DNA of 64,000 nucleotides from positions 1 through 64,000 of IMG/VR virus record IMGVR_UViG_3300020576_003018, one strand, 5' to 3'. Numbering within the stretch: position 1 is the stretch's first letter; each line of letters begins with the position of its first letter. Positions 28,965 through 38,129 of this stretch are shown here, one piece after another. The stretch is from a virus. Its lineage: Duplodnaviria; Caudoviricetes. Position numbers and translations under genes: made by a program. The notes beneath the pieces were generated by a model, which did no database searches, had not been told where the DNA came from, and saw only the letters and a list, made by a program, of their open reading frames with translations.

Positions 28965-29297
28965 GTGAAAACCACCCCAAAAAAATCCTCCTCTTCGACC
29001 AAGACGGCAAACATCAAAACCTTGGTTCCTGGTGCTCTTGTATATCTCCAAAAGTTTTCTGGGGGGTTGACTTCGTTTAATGTTTTGTCGATGGGCAAGG
29101 GAGATTTCCCAGCCTATGAAGAACCCTTCATGTTTCTTCGCTTGTTGGAGTACAGAGTGAGTGACGACAAACTGGATCATCAATCGAATCCTCTAGTTTG
29201 GTTCCAAGGGTTGAATGCAAGGGGAAAAGTTTTCACTTGCATGGAATTGGTTGTATGTTTGAAGATGTGTGATTTGGAGATCAGCAGTGAAGTCTAG
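28965..29297 (+). CDS. Small paralog-family protein
   Basis: LVPGALVY...FMFL...NARGKV...LEI pattern. Confidence 0.6.
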   Translation: MKTTPKKSSSSTKTANIKTLVPGALVYLQKFSGGLTSFNVLSMGKGDFPAYEEPFMFLRLLEYRVSDDKLDHQSNPLVWFQGLNARGKVFTCMELVVCLKMCDLEISSEV

Positions 29298-29595
29298 CGA
29301 GTTTGTTCCTGGGGTTTTGTTTCGAATAGATTATGGATATCCTGGCTTCGCAACTACCCCAAGCAAATATTGGGACACGAACAGCATTTTCATGTTGTTG
29401 AGTTTCTCACTTCATTTTGAATTTGAAACCATGAACATTCATTCTCTCGCTGGTGCGTTTCAATTTATGCCAGGGGGGCCTTCCTCCGCAACACGAGTCA
29501 AAGTGACCGCACTGGGCCCAGAAGGTGACACAGTTTATATGACTGGAAGTGTTAAGATGTTTTTGAAGGTGGGAACATCAACAACAGATGAGTGA
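29287..29595 (+). CDS. Small paralog-family-like protein
   Basis: FVPGVLFR...IFMLL...LGPEG pattern; GTG start overlapping the upstream stop region. Confidence 0.55.
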   Translation: MKSSEFVPGVLFRIDYGYPGFATTPSKYWDTNSIFMLLSFSLHFEFETMNIHSLAGAFQFMPGGPSSATRVKVTALGPEGDTVYMTGSVKMFLKVGTSTTDE

Positions 29596-29637
29596 GTGTC
29601 AAAGGACTGCTGGGTGGTTATTTACCACTCAACACCC

Positions 29638-30885
29638 ATGACACTTACTACCTTCCTCTTCTCCACCACTTCCCAATTCCAAGACATTCTCCTTGAATCC
29701 AAACAAATGCTGATGAAGCTGGGATACCCAGAGATTATCGCTTCGTTGTTTTATGAGAAGTTTGGAAAGAGGGCACCTTTGTTGGCAAAGTGGTATAAAG
29801 AAACCAACGCGAATGATCCAGCCGATGAGAATTGGTGGAGGAGTGCTTCACATGGTTTTGAGAAAATAAACGCAGCCGTTCTTTCGAGACTGTATGATGC
29901 CACCAAGCAATTTGCCGAAGGAGAGATTTCACTAGAGCAGTATAATGAAGTTCGTGATCGGCTTGACTTTGCTTCCTTTGACGAAAAAGACGATCCAAAG
30001 ATTGAGTTGATAAGAATAAAGGGATACACTACCGAGGAGTTTTTCAAGGAACTATTCTTCAAAAGGCCCCTGATCAGAGATATTGTTTCTGGGAAGCTTG
30101 TTGATCTTGCTCCATATTCTAGGCTTCCTTATCAAAAAGCAAGTGACAAGTATGAAGAGAAGTTCTTGTTCTCTGACAGAACACCAATCAAAACTTATGA
30201 AAACGGTTGGATGTGGATTGATGCTGGTGATAAATGTGATCTTCTTGGAAAGAAGATGAAAAACTGTGGGAGTGTTGGGGTTATGGGCACCGATCCGAAC
30301 CGAACAATGATCAGTTTGTTCGATTCCAACAAAAACCCACATGTTGTTGTGACCTATTCTCCAACAGAAAAAAGAATCTCTGGAATTGAAGGGCGGGGCG
30401 GCACCGAACCGAAAGATGAGTACCTTGATTACATCATTGACCTTTCCAGGGCTCTCAATACTCCAATTGACGCATACAACATCAAGTCAACCGCTTTGAA
30501 ATTAAAAGCACTGCTGAGTCCGGTCAAGTTCCAAAGGATTCAAAAGCCATCAACAAGTGGTTTTGCTCATGATGCTTACTTTCTGTTCCAACTTCCCAAC
30601 GGCAAGAGTTATTACACTGATGGCAGAGATGCTGCACCAAAAGAACAAGTTGATTCCGTCACTCTTCGAAATCCACCAGCAGACATTTACGAGCGTCTCA
30701 AAAGCGTGTTTGACTATTATCAGAAGGATGAAATCCTGCGTGCAAACCCAGGCTTCACCTATGAAAAAATCTTCGACATGGCATCAAACCCAGTCAACGA
30801 AAGAGTGATCAAACGCATGGTGAAAGAATCTCTGAAATCAACCTGGAAGAGTGTGTTACAACAAAAGAATGACAAGCACCCCTGA
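29638..30885 (+). CDS. Probable virion-packaged protein, possible PcfJ-like domain
   Basis: TATTTA upstream, ILLE N-terminal motif, and MKNCG...ISLFD...PHVVVTY...IEGR segment. Confidence 0.55.
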   Translation: MTLTTFLFSTTSQFQDILLESKQMLMKLGYPEIIASLFYEKFGKRAPLLAKWYKETNANDPADENWWRSASHGFEKINAAVLSRLYDATKQFAEGEISLEQYNEVRDRLDFASFDEKDDPKIELIRIKGYTTEEFFKELFFKRPLIRDIVSGKLVDLAPYSRLPYQKASDKYEEKFLFSDRTPIKTYENGWMWIDAGDKCDLLGKKMKNCGSVGVMGTDPNRTMISLFDSNKNPHVVVTYSPTEKRISGIEGRGGTEPKDEYLDYIIDLSRALNTPIDAYNIKSTALKLKALLSPVKFQRIQKPSTSGFAHDAYFLFQLPNGKSYYTDGRDAAPKEQVDSVTLRNPPADIYERLKSVFDYYQKDEILRANPGFTYEKIFDMASNPVNERVIKRMVKESLKSTWKSVLQQKNDKHP

Positions 30886-31453
30886 AAACAAAAAGTCCTG
30901 TTTGGTTGGCCTTGATATCTCCACTTCCTGCACAGGAATCAGTATCATCGACTCAAAAACAGAAGAGCTAATCCTTCTGGATTACATCAAAGTCCCAGCA
31001 GATCTCTCCCTGTTCGAAAAAGCCGACTTCGTTATTGACGAGGTTGCCGGGTGTTTGACGAGAAATGGCATTGGTAAGCCAGAGAAGGTGTTTGTAGAGG
31101 AAAACGCAAAGATGTTTGCTGGTGGTTTGAGCAGTGCAGACGTGCTTATGACTCTTGCAAAGTTCAATGCACTGATTTCTTACCTCTGCCACAAACAACT
31201 CACCCCAAACGTGTCTTCTGTCAACGTCACCAAAGCTCGTGGAGCCATTGGTTTCAAAAACACCAAAGCAGACAAACGACCAGTGAAAGACAAAGTGTTT
31301 GAGTTTGTTCAAACACTTCATCCCGAATTCCCTTGGAAAACTTACATCCCCAAAGCTGGAAAATCAAAAGGGAAAGAAATCTCCATTCCAGAGATGAAGG
31401 ATGCTGCTGATGCTTGGGTTGTTGTTGTTGGTGGTAAGAGACTAGGCTTGTGA
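30869..31453 (+). CDS. RuvC-like Holliday junction resolvase
   Basis: VGLDISTSCTG, VFVEE and DAADA acidic motifs. Confidence 0.8.
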   Translation: MTSTPENKKSCLVGLDISTSCTGISIIDSKTEELILLDYIKVPADLSLFEKADFVIDEVAGCLTRNGIGKPEKVFVEENAKMFAGGLSSADVLMTLAKFNALISYLCHKQLTPNVSSVNVTKARGAIGFKNTKADKRPVKDKVFEFVQTLHPEFPWKTYIPKAGKSKGKEISIPEMKDAADAWVVVVGGKRLGL

Positions 31454-32023
31454 AAGCAGTTGTTTCAACAAAGAAACATTGACAAGAGCAGGATTTCTTC
31501 CAAAGAAACCATCATCTGCCGGGATAGACACCACAAACCCGCTAAACTCTACCGGCCCAAAAGAAACAACTTCCTGTTCATGTTCCCTTGAAGTTCCTTG
31601 AGCTAGATTTCCCGGCTCTCCAGCGAAATCATTGCGACCGTTTCCTGTCTCCGCTACAAAGACAATCACAACCTCGCCGCCCTCCTCTCCGCTTCTTTCT
31701 GGATCAACTGCAAACTGGATGGCAACTCCTGGGTGTACTGTCCAGCTTTGAATGTCTCCCGAACCTGGAACCATTCCTTTTCCTTTGAAGAGTTTGTACT
31801 CGGTTCCATTGCGGTCTGTTTCCTCCCTTGAAAACACCAGACCTTCACCAAGGGCTCTATACGCCTTTTCTGTGACTTTAATTCCACGATAGACCCTGAG
31901 CCCGTCTGGAGATTTTGGAAGCCTGGAAAACACCTTCCTGAGCGATTCTTTGTTGTTGTTCTCAAAGAAGTCTTTGAGTGCTGATGAGATTTCGTTGGGA
32001 AAGAGGATTTCGGAAAGTTTCAT
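31442..32023 (-). CDS. Putative ADP-ribosyltransferase (R-S-E clade)
   Basis: VYRG, QSWT...A..FA and HEQEVV motifs. Confidence 0.7.
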   Translation of the reverse strand: MKLSEILFPNEISSALKDFFENNNKESLRKVFSRLPKSPDGLRVYRGIKVTEKAYRALGEGLVFSREETDRNGTEYKLFKGKGMVPGSGDIQSWTVHPGVAIQFAVDPERSGEEGGEVVIVFVAETGNGRNDFAGEPGNLAQGTSREHEQEVVSFGPVEFSGFVVSIPADDGFFGRNPALVNVSLLKQLLSQA

Positions 32024-32025
32024 GA

Positions 32026-32619
32026 TTATCTGTTTGTTGGATAGCGTCGAACGAGTGTTCTTGATTCAATGAGTTGTTTCCAAGTTGGTGTGTTGACTGC
32101 ATCCCAGATATCCTTACCAACTCCATCAACAATCACTTTCCGACTGATCAACCTTGTTCCGTGTGAATAGTCTTTGTAGGAAGCAGAATGGATTGAACTT
32201 TCAGGTTGGATTGGTTTTCCATTTGTTCTATGCCAACCATAAATCACTACCTTTTCCGTTGGAATCCTGCTGCTCAGCACAATGTCTTTTTTATGCCCAG
32301 CAACCAAAACAAACTCACGGCTGTTGATTTGCTGATTGATGAGATTGTTGTGTTGGATCAGTGTTGCTTGACTTCCTCTGTTGGTTGAAATGGTTTGAGG
32401 TTCCAGTTTCAAATCTGCTTTCTCCCATATCAAGTCAACAAGTCTTGGGGAAGGAAGAACACATTGGAGAACATCAGCAAGGTTTTGTGCTTCCCAAGGA
32501 AAGAGAGAAAGACGAACGCCCATGTTGTCCATGAGATAGTCTGAACTTACGGACAATTCAATCTTTCCGTCTCCAACAACCACAGGAACCATTTCTATGT
32601 TTGTTGGTTTTGCAATCAT
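32026..32619 (-). CDS. Conserved uncharacterised domain protein (AGHKKD...IYGWH...PIQP...H...Y.DYSHG)
   Basis: Motif-rich 197-aa ORF; function unknown. Confidence 0.65.
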   Translation of the reverse strand: MIAKPTNIEMVPVVVGDGKIELSVSSDYLMDNMGVRLSLFPWEAQNLADVLQCVLPSPRLVDLIWEKADLKLEPQTISTNRGSQATLIQHNNLINQQINSREFVLVAGHKKDIVLSSRIPTEKVVIYGWHRTNGKPIQPESSIHSASYKDYSHGTRLISRKVIVDGVGKDIWDAVNTPTWKQLIESRTLVRRYPTNR

Positions 32620-33110
32620 GGGGTTGTTCTTTGTCTCAGGAGATAAACGTGTTCTTCGTGTTTGTCAGCAATCGCCGCAAGCATGTTTTCAAGACCAGAA
32701 GTCAAACAGTCTGCTTCGCTCAACTTGGCCATTACAAAATGAACAATTTTGAGATATGCTTGCTCGGCTTCCAGACTGACTTGGCAATAGGGTTTTCCGG
32801 TTGAAACCATGTCGAAAAACTTCTGCCACACTTTGATTCTTGCGAAGTAGTTTGTCAGTGCTGGTTTCGCAGAAACACCAACGAGTTTTTCTCCCACAAG
32901 ATCAATTTCTGTTTGAAGTTGTTCGTATAGACGTTGGAAGAGAAGGTGATCGGAATAAGCTTCTGGTCCAGTGGTCTGCCAGTGATGAGAATGGTGAACA
33001 ATCTGTAAGGCTTCTGTGCAAGCCAGAAAAATGGCAAGCGGCGTGTGCTTGTCGTGATTAAAAAGTCCCGCCATTTCTTCACAACATCTTTCCAAGTCGA
33101 GTTCAATCAT
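32616..33110 (-). CDS. Ferritin/Dps-like four-helix protein
   Basis: HHSHHWQTTG...DHLLFQRLYE...D.VGE...HEEHVY.L iron-ligand pattern. Confidence 0.8.
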   Translation of the reverse strand: MIELDLERCCEEMAGLFNHDKHTPLAIFLACTEALQIVHHSHHWQTTGPEAYSDHLLFQRLYEQLQTEIDLVGEKLVGVSAKPALTNYFARIKVWQKFFDMVSTGKPYCQVSLEAEQAYLKIVHFVMAKLSEADCLTSGLENMLAAIADKHEEHVYLLRQRTTP

Positions 33111-33150
33111 TTGTTTGTTCCAGTTCCTTTGATGGATAGGTATTGAATGG

Positions 33151-33179
33151 TTGACACCACAAACAAAACACAGTAAGAT
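33151..33179 (+). promoter_or_regulatory. Sigma70-like promoter, 6 nt from ATG
   Basis: TTGACA, 17 nt, TAAGAT, 6 nt, ATG 33186. Confidence 0.8.
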
Positions 33180-33185
33180 AGGAGC

Positions 33186-33515
33186 ATGATGGATGATCTA
33201 CCCTTTCCGATTGGTTCGCTTGTTAGACGCAAGACAAGTCCTATTCTAAGTCTGCGAAAAAGGGGCGTTCCAACTTCAGTGCAACAGACTGCTCACGTCT
33301 GGGTTTTCTCACGCAGTTTGGAAAAACTCGAAATCAACGGATCAAGAACACTGAAATTCATTCAGCCAGTTGTGTTCCTTGGAAAATTCAAGGGGAAAAA
33401 CCACGAGAGTTTTTGTTTTCTCCTTCCAGGAGGAGAATATGGCTTGATGTCTGCCCAAGAAAACATTTCTGAGTTGTTTGAGGTAGTTACAGATAACGAA
33501 AATGCAATATCCTGA
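33186..33515 (+). CDS. Small paralog-family protein
   Basis: PIGSLVRR...VVFLG...LLPGGEYG...FEVV. Confidence 0.65.
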   Translation: MMDDLPFPIGSLVRRKTSPILSLRKRGVPTSVQQTAHVWVFSRSLEKLEINGSRTLKFIQPVVFLGKFKGKNHESFCFLLPGGEYGLMSAQENISELFEVVTDNENAIS

Positions 33516-33918
33516 TCCTGGATACAACCACACTCCCGCATACCAAATTTCTGGTATTCCATATGTCACTTCTTCAACAGCAGCAGCGGGACAACCAATT
33601 CTGTTGAACTTTCCCTATGTCACTAAGTTTGTGACTGTTGCTGCAACCGGAGGAGCAACCACTATTGCTTTTACAAGCAATGGTTTGCTAGGCAACAATA
33701 AATTCACAGTTCCTTCTGGTCAAACACTGACACTTGAAGTTCGTGTGAAAAAGATGTGGGTTACAGGTTCCACATTCTCTGTTGCTGCTGGACTCACAGG
33801 GATTCCAACAGCGAGTATCCCAAACCTTACAAGTTCATTTGCTTTCAGCAGTTCAGATCCTTACTTCACTGGAAGTAATGCTTACTCCAACGTCATTGTT
33901 TATGACGGCGTTGGCTGA
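33502..33918 (+). CDS. Small beta-rich, probably virion-associated protein
   Basis: AYQISG.PYVTSS...FPYVTKFVTV...LEVRVKKMW...AGLTGI; T/S/G-rich composition. Confidence 0.55.
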   Translation: MQYPDPGYNHTPAYQISGIPYVTSSTAAAGQPILLNFPYVTKFVTVAATGGATTIAFTSNGLLGNNKFTVPSGQTLTLEVRVKKMWVTGSTFSVAAGLTGIPTASIPNLTSSFAFSSSDPYFTGSNAYSNVIVYDGVG

Positions 33919-33922
33919 TCCG

Positions 33923-34186
33923 TTATCTCCCACCCGACTGCATTCTAGCTTTCTCTTTGCTCGCTTCTAGCATTGTTGACACCCAACCGGGCGTCTCCTC
34001 TTTGATTTGCTGGAGGACAACTTTTCCTCCAACAACTCCAGCATGAGCATCGGCGTCATCTCGATACCGATAAATCCCAGCAACCTTCGTTCCCTCCAAA
34101 ACCACAAAAACATCCCTGCACTCTACCGCTGATCCATTCCCATAATTCGATTGACGTTTTCCATATCTGACCATGATCTTATTCAC
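33923..34186 (-). CDS. Hypothetical protein
   Basis: 87-aa ORF convergent on the previous gene. Confidence 0.5.
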   Translation of the reverse strand: MNKIMVRYGKRQSNYGNGSAVECRDVFVVLEGTKVAGIYRYRDDADAHAGVVGGKVVLQQIKEETPGWVSTMLEASKEKARMQSGGR

Positions 34187-34310
34187 CTTTTGTTGTTCGC
34201 TCTTGACACGAGAAGGGGCCTTCCAGGCTTCCGAATTGTTTGGACGACCTGAGACCCGTTAAATTGTTTGCGGGCACTATAAAGCATCCTGAGCCCGTGT
34301 AGGATTTTTC

Positions 34311-34339
34311 TTGACCTTGAGACAGGTGCGTGGTAGATT
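34311..34339 (+). promoter_or_regulatory. Sigma70-like promoter with extended -10
   Basis: TTGACC, 17 nt, (TGg)TAGATT, 10 nt, ATG 34350. Confidence 0.75.
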
Positions 34340-34349
34340 CTTCATCATC

Positions 34350-34997
34350 ATGAAGATTTTTCACGCATCTGACCTTCACGCCGACTTACACCCGTTGACC
34401 ACCATCGACAAAGATGTGGACGTTGTGGTGTCGTCAGGTGATTTTTTCCCTAACCTTACCAGAGGGAATATTAACATTGAACCCAATTTCCAAAGGGAAT
34501 GGTTCAAGAAGCACTCGCAAGACATCTTCAGGTATCTAGCTGGCCGTCCTACTATTATCGTCAATGGCAACCATGATTACATTTGCTTGGCCGAGATGAT
34601 GGTAGAACATGGATACGCTGGAAAAGTTCTTCTCTTGACACCAGACAAGGTTGTTGAGTTTGGTGGGAAACGCTGGGTTGGTCATGGATTCATTCCATAC
34701 ATCTACGGTGATTGGAATGGCGAGTTGCAACCGCACGATCTTGCTGTTGTTTCAAAACAGTTGTTTCAACATGAGAATGTTGATGTGTTGGTGACGCATG
34801 TTCCACCGAAGGGTATTTTGGCAAGTGAATGGGGTTGCCCTACACTCGCACAATGCTTTGCATATCATCCTGGAGCATCCAGCATCAAACATCACTTCTT
34901 TGGTCATGTTCATTCTTCTGGTGGTGAGACTGCCGAAGTGTTTGGCATAAAGTTCTTCAACTCTGCTTGTATCCCACAAATTGTGAAGATTCCATGA
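34350..34997 (+). CDS. Metallophosphoesterase (calcineurin-like)
   Basis: SDLH, GDFF, GNHD, THVPP and FGHVH motifs. Confidence 0.9.
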   Translation: MKIFHASDLHADLHPLTTIDKDVDVVVSSGDFFPNLTRGNINIEPNFQREWFKKHSQDIFRYLAGRPTIIVNGNHDYICLAEMMVEHGYAGKVLLLTPDKVVEFGGKRWVGHGFIPYIYGDWNGELQPHDLAVVSKQLFQHENVDVLVTHVPPKGILASEWGCPTLAQCFAYHPGASSIKHHFFGHVHSSGGETAEVFGIKFFNSACIPQIVKIP

Positions 34998-35063
34998 AAA
35001 GAAAACTCGTCATTGCCAATGAAACGTTCTTTGATAAATCTTACTTGGCTCAATGATAAAAAC

Positions 35064-35382
35064 ATGGAGAAGAACAACTACAAGCTTGTTGATCCTTACC
35101 TTGTTGGGTTCCATCCGGATCTTCTTGCAGAAAATTGGGTGAAGCGAAGTGATACGATCAGACTCTTTGACTATTTTGACCTATCAACCATTTACTTCCC
35201 GAAAGGTGCGGTGTTTTTGGTTTATGCAACTTTTGATCATGGACTCTTAGAAACCCCCCTACTTGGAAGTAATTGGACCAAACGGCGAAAAACATTCTTA
35301 CACCGTTCGGTATAACAACGAAACAGATAAGGAAAAATTCATCTTCATTCCCATCAATGTTTCGGTGGATTCAGAACCATGA
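35064..35382 (+). pseudogene. Small protein interrupted by a +1 frameshift in a C6 tract
   Basis: Removing one C at 35254-35259 gives ETPYLEVIGPNG...DSEP*, whose TGA overlaps the next ATG (35379). Confidence 0.6.
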
Positions 35383-35696
35383 CACCAACAACATACGGTT
35401 CATTTTCTCCTGGTGATTTGGTGGTTCCGAATCTGTCAACCAAAGTGTGGAAAAAAGAGATTGCCCATTTGCTTGCTGTGGAATTCTATAGTAAGAATCG
35501 TGACAATTGGGCCAACACGCTTATCAGCTACAAGTACAAACATTATCCGTTCAACTCGATTTTCCTTGTCACAGATTGTTTTCTCACAGGCGACTATCAT
35601 GGCGAGTATTGGGTTATCGAAACCGTCTGCCCCGATGGAGCAATTTTGGTCTTTTCGGAAAACTATTTTGAGTTGTTTAAGGAAGCAGCACCATGA
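35379..35696 (+). CDS. Small paralog-family protein (CPDG subgroup)
   Basis: FSPGDLVV...IFLV...VCPDGAI...FELF. Confidence 0.75.
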   Translation: MTPTTYGSFSPGDLVVPNLSTKVWKKEIAHLLAVEFYSKNRDNWANTLISYKYKHYPFNSIFLVTDCFLTGDYHGEYWVIETVCPDGAILVFSENYFELFKEAAP

Positions 35697-35977
35697 GCAA
35701 TCACAATTTCAAACCGGGAGATTTGGTACGCGGAACACCAAACTGTGAAGAAAAGCTGTTTCGGTTTATGGATGCGGAATGTACCGGAACAAGGCTTAAT
35801 GCGTATACTGTCCGGCAATACCCAGGAGACTCATTGTTTATTGTCTTGGAATGCCTGTTTGTTTCAAACGCGAAATTTGGGTTACAACTCAACAATTTTT
35901 TGGCTGTTCGAGTTGCTTGTCCCGATGGAAGAATTGCGATTGCCACACAAGGGTATTTCACAAAGTTTGAGCCATGA
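35693..35977 (+). CDS. Small paralog-family protein (CPDG subgroup)
   Basis: FKPGDLVR...YPGDSLFIV...VACPDGRI. Confidence 0.75.
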   Translation: MSNHNFKPGDLVRGTPNCEEKLFRFMDAECTGTRLNAYTVRQYPGDSLFIVLECLFVSNAKFGLQLNNFLAVRVACPDGRIAIATQGYFTKFEP

Positions 35978-36008
35978 CCAGCAATTCTTTCAGAAGGAAA
36001 TCAAATCA

Positions 36009-36257
36009 ATGAACAACAGGAATGGCCGAGCAGTGGTTGGAGATTTGTTGGCACTTGGACACGGACAAAAGGATGTGTTTGATTATTCAACAGCCTCGTT
36101 TCGCACCTACCCAGCCAACTCACTGTTCTTGATTTGTGCGCTGGATGCCAGTTGGGGCAACGAAGCACTCTTACTTTGCCCAGACGGCAATTTAATTCGT
36201 GGGGAACTTACCCCTTTCAAAAAAGCAAAAGATTCCAAAAATGATGAGCAACATTAA
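36009..36257 (+). CDS. Small paralog-family protein (CPDG subgroup)
   Basis: VVGDLLA...YPANSLFLI...LLCPDGNL. Confidence 0.7.
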   Translation: MNNRNGRAVVGDLLALGHGQKDVFDYSTASFRTYPANSLFLICALDASWGNEALLLCPDGNLIRGELTPFKKAKDSKNDEQH

Positions 36258-36612
36258 AGTTGGAGATTTGGTTTGTTTCAAGGATGAGTATGGAAGTCAT
36301 AACGAACGAGAAGTCCGCATTCTTCCAAGACCTTCAGATTCTGGCAAGGGTCACTACTGCATCTTCAATTACGTTAACGACAAGTGGATCGTGGTGCCGA
36401 GCAGGGAAGGAATTGACCCCGTTGTTGGGCGCCACGCATTTGATTACTTCCTTATCATTGAAACCCACCCAGCAGAGAACAAGTTCCAAACCAACTTCAT
36501 TTCCTTGCTTTTTTCAGATGGAAGTGTGATTTTAGCAAACGCGGATGATCTTGATGAAGAAAGGACGATCCATGCAAATTCTGAGGAAGAACTCGTACAG
36601 GAAACCCCCTGA
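36241..36612 (+). CDS. Small paralog-family protein
   Basis: IKVGDLVC...YFLII...LFSDGSV. Confidence 0.7.
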   Translation: MMSNIKVGDLVCFKDEYGSHNEREVRILPRPSDSGKGHYCIFNYVNDKWIVVPSREGIDPVVGRHAFDYFLIIETHPAENKFQTNFISLLFSDGSVILANADDLDEERTIHANSEEELVQETP

Positions 36613-36886
36613 AGTCGGACAACTTGTTCGGTTGCGAGGAGAACTCGATGAAGAGTTCTGGGCCAGGATGGATGGTAGACCTTTCGATCCTGAAAACCCG
36701 AAGATGACAACAATTGACTATCGTGGGCACGGACGGATTTACTTTGGCCAAAACGATCTTTTCGTGCTTCTTGACTCCTATAGCCTTTTTGATAGGGTTA
36801 TGGCTCTTTTGTTGACTCAGGAGGGTAAAAAGATTCTGGTTGTTATGAGCGCAGTTGACAGCACTCCCATTCTCATGGTAGAGTAG
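36572..36886 (+). CDS. Small paralog-family protein
   Basis: PEVGQLVR...NDLFVLL...LTQEGK. Confidence 0.7.
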   Translation: MQILRKNSYRKPPEVGQLVRLRGELDEEFWARMDGRPFDPENPKMTTIDYRGHGRIYFGQNDLFVLLDSYSLFDRVMALLLTQEGKKILVVMSAVDSTPILMVE

Positions 36887-36890
36887 CTTC

Positions 36891-37184
36891 ATGGCAACAT
36901 CGCTGAAAGAGCCCGAAATCGGCAAACTGTATTGGATTCGTCAATTCCCAGAGCCCTTTCTCAACAACTCAACCATCCCGCTGAGTGATTGTTTTGGAAA
37001 ACAGTTTCGCTTTACACCTAACCTGGACCCGGGTTTGTGTTGCGGCTCTTTCCTTTTCTTGACACCCGATGGCAAACAGTTTGAATGGTACATCAAGGTT
37101 CTCGACAAATCACTCGAATCTGCCAGCACCTTTCCAATCACGGGACTTTATCTCGAAGAAGTGAAGGATTTAGATGATGAATGA
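36891..37184 (+). CDS. Small paralog-family protein (GKLY subgroup)
   Basis: PEIGKLYW...FLTPDGK...YLEEV. Confidence 0.75.
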   Translation: MATSLKEPEIGKLYWIRQFPEPFLNNSTIPLSDCFGKQFRFTPNLDPGLCCGSFLFLTPDGKQFEWYIKVLDKSLESASTFPITGLYLEEVKDLDDE

Positions 37185-37536
37185 TAAGCAAAAAGAAAAG
37201 GTTGAGGTTGTTTCAACTGATCCTGTTCCGGATAAGCTGTACCGTCTCATGAATAGAGGAATGGACAAACGAATCCGAGGTTATCACCCGAAATCAATGC
37301 GGTTTGGGCGTTCTTTCATCTTTGATGACGAAAATGCTTTTCTTCTTTGCATCCCGCCCAGAAATACGGAAGAGAATAGGCAGTTTTGCCCGACTTTTGT
37401 TTGCTCTGACTCCGGTGAAATCTTCACTTGGAGTTTGAAGGTACTCCCAGTGAACTATCAACCGAAATCCGGCGAGGAAACTTTCGGATGGAGTTGTTGG
37501 TTGGTTGAAGTGGAGTGTGACAAAGACAATGAGTGA
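37174..37536 (+). CDS. Small paralog-family protein (GKLY subgroup)
   Basis: PVPDKLYRL...FLLCIP...FVCSDSGEIFTW...WLVEV. Confidence 0.75.
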   Translation: MMNDKQKEKVEVVSTDPVPDKLYRLMNRGMDKRIRGYHPKSMRFGRSFIFDDENAFLLCIPPRNTEENRQFCPTFVCSDSGEIFTWSLKVLPVNYQPKSGEETFGWSCWLVEVECDKDNE

Positions 37537-37807
37537 CAACGACAATCACCAACCAATTTCTGGCAAGCTGTACCGTGTGGCGAATTGTGCCTGGAAATCT
37601 CTCTCAACTCACGAGGGACCAGTGATTGAATTTGATTCCGCAACACAATTTCTTCTTTGTCTTCCCCGAAGAAAAAACTTGCCAGGGTTTGACTTTTTTC
37701 TGGTAAGTGGCACCGTTCATATATTCGCTTGGTTGGGTCCGAAAACAGAGGAGAGCATTTCCGACGTTTGGTTGCAAGAAGTGAAACCGGAGGAAACCGA
37801 TGGATAA
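37529..37807 (+). CDS. Small paralog-family protein (GKLY subgroup)
   Basis: PISGKLYRV...FLLCLP...FLVSG...WLQEV. Confidence 0.75.
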   Translation: MSDNDNHQPISGKLYRVANCAWKSLSTHEGPVIEFDSATQFLLCLPRRKNLPGFDFFLVSGTVHIFAWLGPKTEESISDVWLQEVKPEETDG

Positions 37808-38129
37808 TCGACCCTTTCCAACACCCGGAAAACTATATCGTCTAATGCCAACAACCACCATACAAATTTTTTCGTTTGTTAGTCTTGACAGGCCATACGG
37901 CGATCCCTTCGAAATAGATTCACAGGTAAATCTATTTGCTTGCTTGCCGAATTTGGAGAACAAGAAAAAAGGGCAGCACTATCAAATGTTTTTGGTCAGC
38001 GGCATTGGTAAATTGGTTGCATTTGGTTTATACGAATCAGAGGTTGTCTTCCCTTTGCGAGTTGGACAGGATCCGAAAAATCCTTTGACCTTTCATTTGG
38101 TTGAAGTCGAGGAAGAAGAAGAAGAATGA
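37800..38129 (+). CDS. Small paralog-family protein (GKLY subgroup)
   Basis: PTPGKLYRL...LFACLP...FLVSG...HLVEVEEEEE. Confidence 0.75.
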   Translation: MDNRPFPTPGKLYRLMPTTTIQIFSFVSLDRPYGDPFEIDSQVNLFACLPNLENKKKGQHYQMFLVSGIGKLVAFGLYESEVVFPLRVGQDPKNPLTFHLVEVEEEEEE

